NCBI GenBank assembly: GCA_039934295.1
Contig: JBDTMN010000005.1
Coordinates: forward strand, 921 to 64,920
DNA from: Candidatus Tayloriibacteriota bacterium
GTDB lineage: Bacteria; Patescibacteriota; Minisyncoccia; Phycocordibacterales; HO2-43-120
Direction: 5' to 3'
DNA: 64,000 nt
Below the pieces are notes generated by a model. It searched no databases, was not told where the DNA came from, and saw only the letters and a list, made by a program, of their open reading frames with translations. Below, piece after piece: positions 41,440 to 51,137 of the stretch; position 1 is the stretch's first letter, and every line of letters begins with the position of its first letter. The position numbers and the translations under genes were made by a program.

Positions 41440-41678
41440 ATCGATAAGTATAAAGTTGAACGTGTAAAGTATAAAGTAGAGAGATAGAGGTAAAACAAAT
41501 GTACAACTAAAAGCGGACCGAGTCAATGCTTTATGGATTAGTGCCGGATTGCTATCATGTGTAGTAAGACTCCTTTGCCTTTTTTTATTCAAATGACTGG
41601 ATCCCCGCTAAGCGGGGATGACAGAATGAGAATTCTGACACTTTACACTTTTTACTTTCAACTAAATTACATGCCTCC

Positions 41679-41935
41679 CAAAAAAAAACTTCTCTACATA
41701 ATCACCAAAAGCAACTGGGGCGAGGCGTCGCAGCAAAGCCTGCTCCTTAGAAACCCACGGTTTCTAAACCCTGTTTTTCGAAACTCAAAACAGGTCTTCC
41801 TTACAGGAACAGTACACCTTTTGGACAATTCAGAAATTGTCTCAAAAGGTCTTGCGAAGCTCCATGTGTTCGCTTCTCACCGCCACGGGAAAACTACAGT
41901 TTTCCCGACCCCTTTCGCCCGCCCCTCCCCAGTTG
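41679..41935 (-). repeat. Structured non-coding element with duplicated glycosyltransferase 5' end
   Basis: 41679-41720 = 41972-42013 (42 bp); 41921-41935 is the reverse complement of 42005-42019; core homologous to 59042-59124. Confidence 0.85.
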
Positions 41936-41957
41936 TATATTCAACTTAAATTATCCA

Positions 41958-43181
41958 ATGGACACTGGAAACAAAAAAAAACTTCTCTACATAATCACCA
42001 AAAGCAACTGGGGAGGGGCTCAAAGATATGTGTTCGACCTCGCTTCTGCTTTCAAAGAAGAATATGACATAGTAGTCGCTTTTGGAGGCGCGGGAGTTCT
42101 CAAAACCAAATTGGAAGCCGTGGGAATTCAGACGGTCAGTATTCCCTTCTTAGAAAGAGACACGAATCTTTCGGGGGACGCCAAAGTTTTCATCGAACTT
42201 TTTAAACTTGTTTTTTCACTTCGCCCTAACATCGTCCATCTCAACAGTTCAAAAATCGGTGGCCTCGGAGTTCTCGCTGCCCGTCTCTGCAATTTTATAA
42301 TTTATCTTCTTAAGACGTTACACGTTACACGTTACACGTTACACCCTATTCGTATCATCTTCACCGCCCACGGGTTCGCCTTCAATGAAAATCGGGGGCA
42401 GGTATCGAAACATGTCATGAAAATTCTGTACTGGATTATCATCTTCTTTTCACATAAAACAATTGCCGTTTCAGAATCTTTGGCGCACCAGATGAAAAAC
42501 ATGTTTTTCACCCGCGACAAAATAGTCATTATCCACAATGGGATTTCCAAAATTCGTTTTATCGCAAAGGGGCAGGCACAGAAATTTTTTATCGAAAAAA
42601 GTCAGATAGTGAGGGAATTTTTCGGTTTGGATGAGAAAAAAATAAAAAAGACTCTGTGGATTGGAACCATTTCTGAACTCCACAAAAGCAAGGGACTCGA
42701 ATACTGCATTGAGGCTCTCTCACTATTTAAAAATCACTACCCCTCATTTGTTTTTCTTATTATCGGAGATGGGGAAGAGAAAGAGAACCTCGAGAAGCTC
42801 ATTAAAAGTAAGGGCCTAGAAAATCACGTGGTCCTTCTAGGAACAATCGAAAATGCGGCGCTCTATCTCAAGGCATTCGACATTTTTACCCTCACTTCTA
42901 CTACCGAGGGACTGCCGTATGCGATTCTTGAAGCGGGACAGACAGAACTTGCGGTCATTGCAAGCAACGTGGGAGGGATTCCAGAAATTATTGAACAACT
43001 GCAGTCCGGAATATTGGTTCGGTCAAAACATGTCAAAGAAATACAAGATGCTCTCCTATTTTTGCTGGAGAATAAAGACAAAAAGAGAGAGATGAAACAA
43101 AATCTTAAAGCTAGAATTGAAAGCAAATTTATCCTTCAAAAAATGATTGATGCGACAAAAAGAGTATACGAAAACAAATAA
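41958..43181 (+). CDS. Glycosyltransferase family 4
   Basis: GGAQRYV, VHLNSSK, FTAHG, EGLPYAILEA, NVGGIPEII. Confidence 0.92.
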   Translation: MDTGNKKKLLYIITKSNWGGAQRYVFDLASAFKEEYDIVVAFGGAGVLKTKLEAVGIQTVSIPFLERDTNLSGDAKVFIELFKLVFSLRPNIVHLNSSKIGGLGVLAARLCNFIIYLLKTLHVTRYTLHPIRIIFTAHGFAFNENRGQVSKHVMKILYWIIIFFSHKTIAVSESLAHQMKNMFFTRDKIVIIHNGISKIRFIAKGQAQKFFIEKSQIVREFFGLDEKKIKKTLWIGTISELHKSKGLEYCIEALSLFKNHYPSFVFLIIGDGEEKENLEKLIKSKGLENHVVLLGTIENAALYLKAFDIFTLTSTTEGLPYAILEAGQTELAVIASNVGGIPEIIEQLQSGILVRSKHVKEIQDALLFLLENKDKKREMKQNLKARIESKFILQKMIDATKRVYENK

Positions 43182-43250
43182 CTGAAATACGTATAACAAA
43201 AAAGCGTTTCTTACATCTTCAATTGTAATTCAGTTGTCAGTTATTTGTCT

Positions 43251-44387
43251 CTAGATTCCCAGGAATTCATTCTTCACATCATCTTTGTGCGCGACTCTTT
43301 GATATCGGCGCATGCCCATAAGAATCCCTAGGCCCGTAAATTCCGCGAGCAGGTGAGAGCCTCCATAACTCATGAAAGGCATCACAAGCCCCGTCACGGG
43401 AAGAATTCCGATATTCATGCCGACATTTATCACAAAATGACTCATGAAATAAATCGAAAGCCCTATTCCATACAAGATTTCGAAATTTGTGGGTCCCCTA
43501 ATCGCATTCACGAGAATTCTGTAGACGATAATCCCGAAGAGCAGGAACAGCAAGAGTATTCCGATAAACCCCCATTCTTCGGCAAAAGCCGCAAAAATAA
43601 AATCAGTTTGGTATTCGGGCAAAAATTTTAGCCGCGATTGCGTTCCATATCCCACACCTTTTCCCAGAAATCCTCCCGAACCCACAGCAATAGTGGACTG
43701 ATATGCGTTATACCCGCTACCTTTCAAATCGGCCAAGGGATGGATAAAACTTATTATCCTCTCTTTCTGGTATTCTTTGAATCCAAAAAACCACAGACCG
43801 GAAAAAACGAGAACTCCAATGGTGCATACAGCGAGCAAGTGCTTCTTCGAAATACCTGAGACCAGAACCATTCCGAACCAAATGATAAAAATAATGATCG
43901 AAGAGCCGAAATCTGGTTGGAGCAGTATCAGAAGAAAAAGAATGAAAGCATAAAATCCGGAAACTAAAATGTGGCGGATATGGGCTATTTCGATGTGGCG
44001 TCTCGTGAAATATTTTGCAAGAACCAGAATAATCACGAGCTTGGCAAGATCAGAGGGCTGAAAAGCGACAGACCCCAAATGAAACCAGCTCTGCGCTCCC
44101 CGAACCACCGTTCCCAAGACGAAAAGAGCGGTGAGAACAAAACAGGAAAAAATAAAAATAGAAACGATGATGCCTTTTTTTCGTAAAAAACGAAAATCAA
44201 TAAAACTGAGCGTAAAAAAAACAAGAAGAGAAACAATGATCCAGAGGAGCTGACGGCGAAAAAAAATGCTTTCGCCCAAAAAGACGTTCATCGTCACCAA
44301 TCCTCCGAATAGAAGTGGCAGAGTCGCCGAGATTAATATCCAGTCTATTTTTTGTCTCTTGAAGAAACCCATAAAGGCCCGCCTCAA
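43251..44387 (-). CDS. rodA: SEDS family rod shape-determining protein RodA
   Basis: GAQSW, FQPSD, QPDFG, LPEYQTDFIF, EEWG, PFMSYGGS. Confidence 0.9.
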   Translation of the reverse strand: MRRAFMGFFKRQKIDWILISATLPLLFGGLVTMNVFLGESIFFRRQLLWIIVSLLVFFTLSFIDFRFLRKKGIIVSIFIFSCFVLTALFVLGTVVRGAQSWFHLGSVAFQPSDLAKLVIILVLAKYFTRRHIEIAHIRHILVSGFYAFILFLLILLQPDFGSSIIIFIIWFGMVLVSGISKKHLLAVCTIGVLVFSGLWFFGFKEYQKERIISFIHPLADLKGSGYNAYQSTIAVGSGGFLGKGVGYGTQSRLKFLPEYQTDFIFAAFAEEWGFIGILLLFLLFGIIVYRILVNAIRGPTNFEILYGIGLSIYFMSHFVINVGMNIGILPVTGLVMPFMSYGGSHLLAEFTGLGILMGMRRYQRVAHKDDVKNEFLGI

Positions 44388-45751
44388 TGCGTAAGCGGAA
44401 TTACCTGAATCTTCGTGGGACCTTTCTTGCAGATTGAGGTGGCTATATTTTGGTAAATTTTTGCCAATTGTTCTTTCTGCGTCGCTTCAAAATACAATTC
44501 GGGGCGCGACGCCAATGTCTTAAGATATGCGCTGTCGACATTTTTTCCTAGACCGATAATGTAGAGCTCGATATTCTCGGCTTTTGCCTCCTCCGCACGG
44601 GAAAGAGCATATTCTTTTGGATATTCAGGATCATCAAGCTTTTGCGGATGGGAAGGAATGCCGTCGGTAAGGAGCACAACCGAAGATTTGGCTTCAATTC
44701 TATGTCGAGGAGAGAGAAGTTCGACAAGCGCGCTTTGTATCCCCTCCCCAATATTGGTGCTTTGCGGACTATCAGTCGCTATCGAAATCTCGCTTATTGT
44801 CTTTTTGAGCCCGACAAAATCCGGAGAGAGAATCGAGTCAATGGGATCTCGGACGCCAGTGGCAAAAGATACAGCCCCCGCTCTGTCGTTCTCCTGCAAA
44901 TTATCGACAAATAATCCTGCGGCAGTCTTTACCGAAGTCAGAGGCTCTGGAGGAGAAAGGCCGTCATCATCCATGCTTCCCGACCGATCGAGAACGATCA
45001 TAACATCGGATGGCTTTTCGCAGATACCTTCCCCAAAATCAATCGAACTCGGCCATGTAAAGACTACGTCCTGCGAAGAATTTTTGTCCAATGTGTCAAT
45101 AAAGGTTCTTGAAACAGCTTGGGCATTACCATTGCTGTCGTATACCAGAGCAACAACCTCGACACCTTGAAGTGTGGTGCTCGAGCGATTTTCGATTGTC
45201 GCTTTGAGCTGGGGAAATTGACCACTTTCATCCAAAGTTTGGCTTGCCACCTTAACCTGTGGCGGTTCATTCGTATCGATTTCCCATACCGGGAGGCGAC
45301 TAAACTCAAAAGTTACCCGAGAAGGGATTTGTGTTCCGGTTGCAATTCTGCTTTCAAAAATGGGGAAAATCTTATTTTGAGGAATGTCTGTCTTCCCTTT
45401 CCTTTCATAGATGAGAATTCCTTTGTCATCATACAATTTAAAAACATAAGGAAGGTCATTGGTGGAAGAATCGAGGTTTGGATTTTCAATAAAAGCCACT
45501 GCATTATAGACGCCCGGAGTAACTTTGAAAGCCCTCTGCCAAAGAATAATCGGCGAGAGCGCCTGATTTATGCAAAGAATAGAGCAAGGTCCCCCGCAAT
45601 CCACCCCGAGCTCTTTCTGGTTCTGCTTGAGGTCGAAACACGTCGGAGCTTCATACACGGTAAAAAAAATGGGAAGGGCAATTCCAATAAATACCAGAAC
45701 AAAGAATGCGCCGATATAAGATAACTTTCTGTTTGAGGCCCAGTGGGACAT
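44384..45751 (-). CDS. Membrane-anchored vWA domain protein
   Basis: TM, Cys motif C.D..QNQ.E.GVDCGGPC, MIDAS DRSGS...LLTDG. Confidence 0.85.
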   Translation of the reverse strand: MSHWASNRKLSYIGAFFVLVFIGIALPIFFTVYEAPTCFDLKQNQKELGVDCGGPCSILCINQALSPIILWQRAFKVTPGVYNAVAFIENPNLDSSTNDLPYVFKLYDDKGILIYERKGKTDIPQNKIFPIFESRIATGTQIPSRVTFEFSRLPVWEIDTNEPPQVKVASQTLDESGQFPQLKATIENRSSTTLQGVEVVALVYDSNGNAQAVSRTFIDTLDKNSSQDVVFTWPSSIDFGEGICEKPSDVMIVLDRSGSMDDDGLSPPEPLTSVKTAAGLFVDNLQENDRAGAVSFATGVRDPIDSILSPDFVGLKKTISEISIATDSPQSTNIGEGIQSALVELLSPRHRIEAKSSVVLLTDGIPSHPQKLDDPEYPKEYALSRAEEAKAENIELYIIGLGKNVDSAYLKTLASRPELYFEATQKEQLAKIYQNIATSICKKGPTKIQVIPLTH

Positions 45752-45916
45752 GGATAGCTTTTAGCTACTAGCTATTAGCTGTCAGCTTCTTGGGATTTTT
45801 TCCTAAAAGCTAACACCTAATAGCTAACAGCTATTTAATAATTGTAACAAAAAAACACCCCCGTTAAAAGAGAGTGTTTTTGGCAATTGATATTAAGGAG
45901 AAATCTTATTGGCAAT

Positions 45917-46771
45917 TTATGTCTTGAGCCCGATTTTCTTTGTATTGAGAAACATCAGGAGAAGAAAAATGACGCTATCGATAAACCAAAAAGAGGGGAC
46001 ACCGAGAAGAAAATATAAGACGCGTAACATGACAACGACCGTCACTCCATAGAGGCCGAGCTTGTAGATCTGGCTGTAAGAAAAATTCTGCTTGCGAATA
46101 AGAGCGACAATCCAGATAATTACGGAAAGAATGAGTATCATGAACAGGCTCAGGACAATGTTCGCTAAGTAAATCGCGACAAATAATCCGACAATGAAAA
46201 GCGGGATGATGCATACGAGCCAAGGCCGTATTTTTTCGACCCAAGTGGAAAGTTGCGCTCTGTTAATTGTTACATTTAAGGACGGGGGCAGTTTTTGGAT
46301 AGACAATTCTTGACCCTCATTTTTTGCGGAAACAAAATAATCTTTTGTAAGAAATAACGACGTATCGTAGGTTGAAAATGTGTCAATTGCAAAAACGCCC
46401 TTTGTGTCTATGACCAAAAGATTTTTAGGCAGATGAGATGTACCTGCATTCGGATTTGATGACGCTTGAACAAATTCGCTCGGCCACAACAGGAAATACG
46501 GCTCCTTCACGTTTGTTGACGCATGACCATCCTTAATCGTGACCTCTAATTCTTGAGGGTAATAGCTCAATACTTTATTAATACTTTCTTCTGAAAGCCC
46601 CACGACAAGGCTGGGAATCATTTTGGCACTCAAAATAAGAGTGAGACAGAGTGCCGAAAGCAATGTAAGCTTGAAAAAATACCCGAACGCTTTCTTGAAG
46701 GAAGCATTTTTTTCGGCGCGATAAAATTCCGGATTATTGATGCTATCTTTGATGGTTTGAAATAGTTTCAT
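45917..46771 (-). CDS. Membrane protein, DUF1189-like
   Basis: 1 TM + soluble domain + 3 TM, SYSQIYKLGLY pattern. Confidence 0.6.
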   Translation of the reverse strand: MKLFQTIKDSINNPEFYRAEKNASFKKAFGYFFKLTLLSALCLTLILSAKMIPSLVVGLSEESINKVLSYYPQELEVTIKDGHASTNVKEPYFLLWPSEFVQASSNPNAGTSHLPKNLLVIDTKGVFAIDTFSTYDTSLFLTKDYFVSAKNEGQELSIQKLPPSLNVTINRAQLSTWVEKIRPWLVCIIPLFIVGLFVAIYLANIVLSLFMILILSVIIWIVALIRKQNFSYSQIYKLGLYGVTVVVMLRVLYFLLGVPSFWFIDSVIFLLLMFLNTKKIGLKT

Positions 46772-46972
46772 GATGCTGATTATATTTAGTTTAATAGGAT
46801 AGTATCATAACACACATCTTTAGTCTTGCATAACTCAATTCTTTGCACGCTTTTCCCTGCCCATTTTTAGCTTCGCTACTGGTATCACCGAAAGAAAATT
46901 GATTTGTAAACAGCAAGCCCGCAAAGCTTCTGGAGCGGGAGAAAGAGGTGGATCGTTAAGATTAAAAATTTT

Positions 46973-47083
<111 letters not shown>

Positions 47084-47999
47084 AAAATTTTTAATTCGAA
47101 CTCCGACGCGCTTCGCTGTCGGAGCCCCGACCTTTCAGAGCGTCGGGGTTGAAAAACTAAGCTTTAGGCTCCAGCGTTGAAATAGCTGGAGACCGTGTTT
47201 GCTTCTCTTTGAGAATCATCTCAATTTGAAAGCGAGGGGACGTTGCAGGAAACTGGATGGGATCGCATGTGTACGTGCGCCCCATGGAGGGAGTTCCTCT
47301 GCAACGCCCCGAAAGAGCAAACCGTCGATGGCCGGATCACCTCATTTCTCATTTAAGACAACTGCAGTTGCGAGAATGACCCAGCCACCGAGGTCTGGAA
47401 GCAGGGTAACCTATTGGTCACCCGCATTTGCGGCTCCCGGCCGCGGTTTAATTTTAATGACGTGCTCCCAAAACTTAGTTTTTCAATTCCGACCGAAGTC
47501 GGAGCTCAAGATTCGACAAGTAAAATAATAAGTTTGCAAAGTGGAAAGGTATCAAGTTATAAAGCAAGAATTTTCTTAACTTTAAAACCTTATAACTTTC
47601 CACTTTATAACTTACTTTGTGGTTTACAAATTTCCTAATAGGAATTCGACGAATTAGTACTTCTCGGCTCAACACATTACTGTGCGTACACCTGAAGCCT
47701 ATCAACGTAATAATCTCTTACGGGTCTGTCCCGCGCGAAGCGCGCAAGATACGAGTTTGTAAAGTAGAAAGTTATAAAGTTATAAAGTCAGAGAAGAATT
47801 CTCTTAACTTTATAACTTTATAAACCTTATAACTTTATAACTTATACTCTGTGTGCTTCGCACGGATCGATTCCTCATCTTGAAGTAGGCTTCCCTCTTA
47901 GATGCTTTCAGAGGTTATCCCTTCCGAACATAGCTACCCAGCGTTCCACCTGGCGGCAGAGCTGGTACACCAGAGGTTCGTTCACTCCGGTCCTCTCGT

Positions 48000-48793
48000 C
48001 ATGTTTTTACCCCCTATTTCTAGGAGCATAGACTATATCTTCACCCTCTCTTTCGAGGAGGGGTTGGCATGTTACCTACATATGCCTGCCCTGAATTTCA
48101 TTGAAAGGCTTTCCAGCGATACATAAGTCTCTCCGTTTAAGGATCAGTCGTTACGGGGTCAAACCTAAAATAGTTAACAACTCATCACGCGTCTTCTTTT
48201 TCTTAGTTACATAGTTTTCACTCTGAATAACTAAAATAAAGTCAACGAGCTCTATTAATTGCTTGCGAGTTAGTTTTTTAAATTTTGTAGAGGAAAGAAT
48301 TCTGCATGCGCTAAAAAGTGCAATGCTTTGAAGTTTTTTAAATCGCATATAAGGCATAAGCTTTTTTAGAATTTCTTCTATTTGCTTGTAGCCATTTATT
48401 CGAAGTTCGGTCATTCCATCATTTCTTCTAGAAATATAACCGATATCAAAAACTTCTCTTATCCAATACAAAGATTTCTCATGCCGAGTATCTTGATAGA
48501 AACAGATGACGGGCATAAATCGTATTCCGATGTTACCGTCTTTCCGTTTCTTGATCTGAAGCATTAAGCTTCCATCACCATCAAGAAAACCAGCAATATA
48601 TGCTAACTCTACTTTTTTAGATCGACTTCCCACGGTATTATCTTATCATTTCTGGTCCTCAAGTAAATTAGCCAACGGACCGTTAAAGCTTAATCTACCT
48701 TGATAGAAAACCTAAATGATGAAGACTCCACCGTTATAAGCCAAATTGTCATCGCAAATTTCTTCGCGAAGTAGCATGGACCCATTCGGGTCT
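48000..48793 (-). mobile_element. Group I intron at 23S position 2656 (sarcin-ricin loop)
   Basis: Exons rejoin as CUAGU|ACGAGAGG; terminal G; core motifs CGUAACGACU and AUAGUC. Confidence 0.88.
48151..48633 (-). CDS. LAGLIDADG homing endonuclease (single motif)
   Basis: LAYIAGFLDGDGS. Confidence 0.92.
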   Translation of the reverse strand: MGSRSKKVELAYIAGFLDGDGSLMLQIKKRKDGNIGIRFMPVICFYQDTRHEKSLYWIREVFDIGYISRRNDGMTELRINGYKQIEEILKKLMPYMRFKKLQSIALFSACRILSSTKFKKLTRKQLIELVDFILVIQSENYVTKKKKTRDELLTILGLTP

Positions 48794-48856
48794 ACTAGGA
48801 GCAAATCTTCTCAAGAATCAACGCCTGCAGTAGATAGGAGACCAACCTGTCTCACG

Positions 48857-49501
48857 CAATAGTAGCTGTTAGCTTCTAGCTATAAGCTATTAGCTTAACA
48901 ACGCCGCCGTTACCGGCGGGATCGGACTGGAACTTAATCCCTCGCTTGCGCTTGGGACTGTTGACGTTCAGTCTCTACGGGGATAAATCTAATCCTCTCG
49001 GACATAATCTAACTTTGCCAGTTTTTCATCGACAACTTTAATCTGTCCTTCAAGGACTCTCCTTTGTTCAAGGAGTCCGCTGATTTCATCAGATTTTTTT
49101 CTTTGTTCTTCAGCCTCAATAGCATCTGCATTTCGGTATTCAGCTGCCTTTACTTGCATTCTTGCAATTTCTTGTGCTAATTCTTCAGGAGAAAGTGAAA
49201 ATTTTTCTGGCATAAATCTTTATTTTGGATAAATCTTCCCTCGGTATTACCCTAATAATATTTAAATTATAGAGGGTTCCACCGATATAGTCAACTTGCT
49301 GGCATAGAAATTGCTTTCTATGACCGCCGTGGTTGGTTGGTTTCTATAACCCTCGCAACAAAAAGTTGCATAGGATTTTTCTATACTTTTTCATAAACGA
49401 AAATCTCGATATTATTCACTGAGTGGATTCAGACTGTCGAATAGCTGAACTTTTTACTTTCAACTTTACACTTTTTACTTGTCGAGAAGCTCCGCTTCTC
49501 G
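48857..49501 (-). mobile_element. Group I intron at 23S position 2593
   Basis: Exons rejoin as AGACCGU|CGUGAGAC; terminal G; CCCGUAGAGACUG core. Confidence 0.88.
48989..49213 (-). CDS. Intron-encoded 74 aa helical protein, not an endonuclease
   Basis: ATG ORF filling the loop where sister introns carry LAGLIDADG ORFs. Confidence 0.65.
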   Translation of the reverse strand: MPEKFSLSPEELAQEIARMQVKAAEYRNADAIEAEEQRKKSDEISGLLEQRRVLEGQIKVVDEKLAKLDYVRED

Positions 49502-49561
49502 ACGGTCTGAACCCAGCTCACGTAACATTTTAATTGGCGAACAGCCAAACCCTTGGGAGCT

Positions 49562-49951
49562 CTGATTTGTTATCTCGCGTTTCCGCGAGGATCAGACTAT
49601 TCCATCACCGTTGCTTTTCTTGTCGCCAAGAGCGCTTTAGGTGCAAGCCGTGTGATACCGCTCTTTCGAGCGCATATCTCATGATATGACCAAAATCATA
49701 TCAATCAGTCGTTAGAGGCCGAACATCTTTTTCGGGACAACTCACGATAAAAATCTTGAGTCCTTGCGAAAAAGTTTTTTAGCACTCTCAGTTGTACACT
49801 GAAAGATGCTCGGTTCCTACGGCACTAGCATTCATATATGGTTATTATACCACCTGGGACCTCCGAAACCAGAGATCATATGAAGAAGCCTCTACCGTAT
49901 TGAGCTTGTTTAATTACCTTGAGATTTCTCTCAAGGAGAGAAGGTGTGTTT
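49562..49951 (-). mobile_element. ORF-less group I intron near 23S position 2533
   Basis: Exons rejoin as GGUGGAGA|AGCUCCC; CUAACGACUG and AUAGUCUG core; 5' boundary uncertain by 1 nt. Confidence 0.78.
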
Positions 49952-49973
49952 TCTCCACCCCCAGGATATGTTG

Positions 49974-50254
49974 CATATTGATCACGTATTACTACGTGTA
50001 TAGACTATACCTTCATCCTTCAAAATTTTGAGAATTTTAAAGGAGACCAGCGTCTTATGAAAGTGTGATCTTAGTGTCTAGCACTAAGGCATCTCTCATC
50101 TTGTCCTTGCGGACTCAGTCGTTACGGGGTCAATCCGCCTGAGGCGGACGACTTCCCACGGGGTTGTCCTTATTATATCAAAATAATAGTAGGAGTTCTC
50201 CGTTATTAGCCAGTTTTTTGCATTCCGATTTACATCGGAAGCGACCCTAATTTA
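49974..50254 (-). mobile_element. ORF-less group I intron at 23S position 2511
   Basis: Exons rejoin as GUCGGCU|CAACAU; terminal G; CCCGUAACGACUG core. Confidence 0.87.
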
Positions 50255-50292
50255 AGCCGACATCGAGGTGCCGAACTCCGCCGTCGATTTGG

Positions 50293-51113
50293 CACTTCAT
50301 GATTACTCATGAGGTAGACTATACCTTCACCCTTTTCAGGGTGGCAACGTGTTACCATCCGCCTTAGGCGGATAGTCCTGCGCAAAAGCGCAAAGTCGTT
50401 ACAGGGAAAACTTGTATTGCATGCTGGAAATAATATGTGGCAAAACATTTTGCTTTAAAAGCAGCATGCTTTGATCACGTATTCTCAACCGAAATCGATT
50501 CTTGTCTCGATTTATAGTTGCTGAAATTCCCAGAGTAGCCTCTAATATTTTAATCAAGCGGATATTCTCATCTAACGAAAAGGACTGGGTGTTAAGTCGA
50601 AGTTGGTTTCCCTCTTTCGAACCATCATCCATTATCCAAACAGCTAGAGCAAGCGGTGTTAAAAGCTTGCCAATCTCATTCGGAAGAATCTTCTTCCTAT
50701 CAAGATAAAATTTCTTACGCATCTCATCAAAATATGAATGAGAAACGCATTTGAAATAATAGCTGTTTTCTTTTTCGTAGACTGCAGGAGAGGAATTCGT
50801 AAATATTTTAAGTTCACGGTATTTCCAATCCACATATTCTTTTTGCTTGATACTATGATTCACTCGAAATGCATATCCGCATGTGGTTTTCACCAAATGC
50901 CCATCTCCCAATAGCGAACCAACAATAATTTCTTGTTGTCGTTTCGTAAATGAAAGACTTTTTGCAATTCTCGATCGAATCGTAATCATTAGAGACAAGT
51001 TATCTTACCCTCGGGATTGCCCAACGATATTTGATAATTATACCAAAAATTATTGGGTTTCACCGATTTGAGTTGCTGTTTACTTTTGCGTTACCGCAAA
51101 AGGGAGCCTCTTG
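50293..51113 (-). mobile_element. Group I intron at 23S position 2473
   Basis: Exons rejoin as AAGAGU|CCAAAUCGAC; terminal G. Confidence 0.87.
50399..50998 (-). CDS. LAGLIDADG homing endonuclease (two-motif, LAGLIDADG_2 type)
   Basis: IIVGSLLGDGHL and LAVWIMDDGS. Confidence 0.92.
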   Translation of the reverse strand: MSLMITIRSRIAKSLSFTKRQQEIIVGSLLGDGHLVKTTCGYAFRVNHSIKQKEYVDWKYRELKIFTNSSPAVYEKENSYYFKCVSHSYFDEMRKKFYLDRKKILPNEIGKLLTPLALAVWIMDDGSKEGNQLRLNTQSFSLDENIRLIKILEATLGISATINRDKNRFRLRIRDQSMLLLKQNVLPHIISSMQYKFSL

Positions 51114-51137
51114 ACTCTTAGGCGGAACTAGCCTGTT

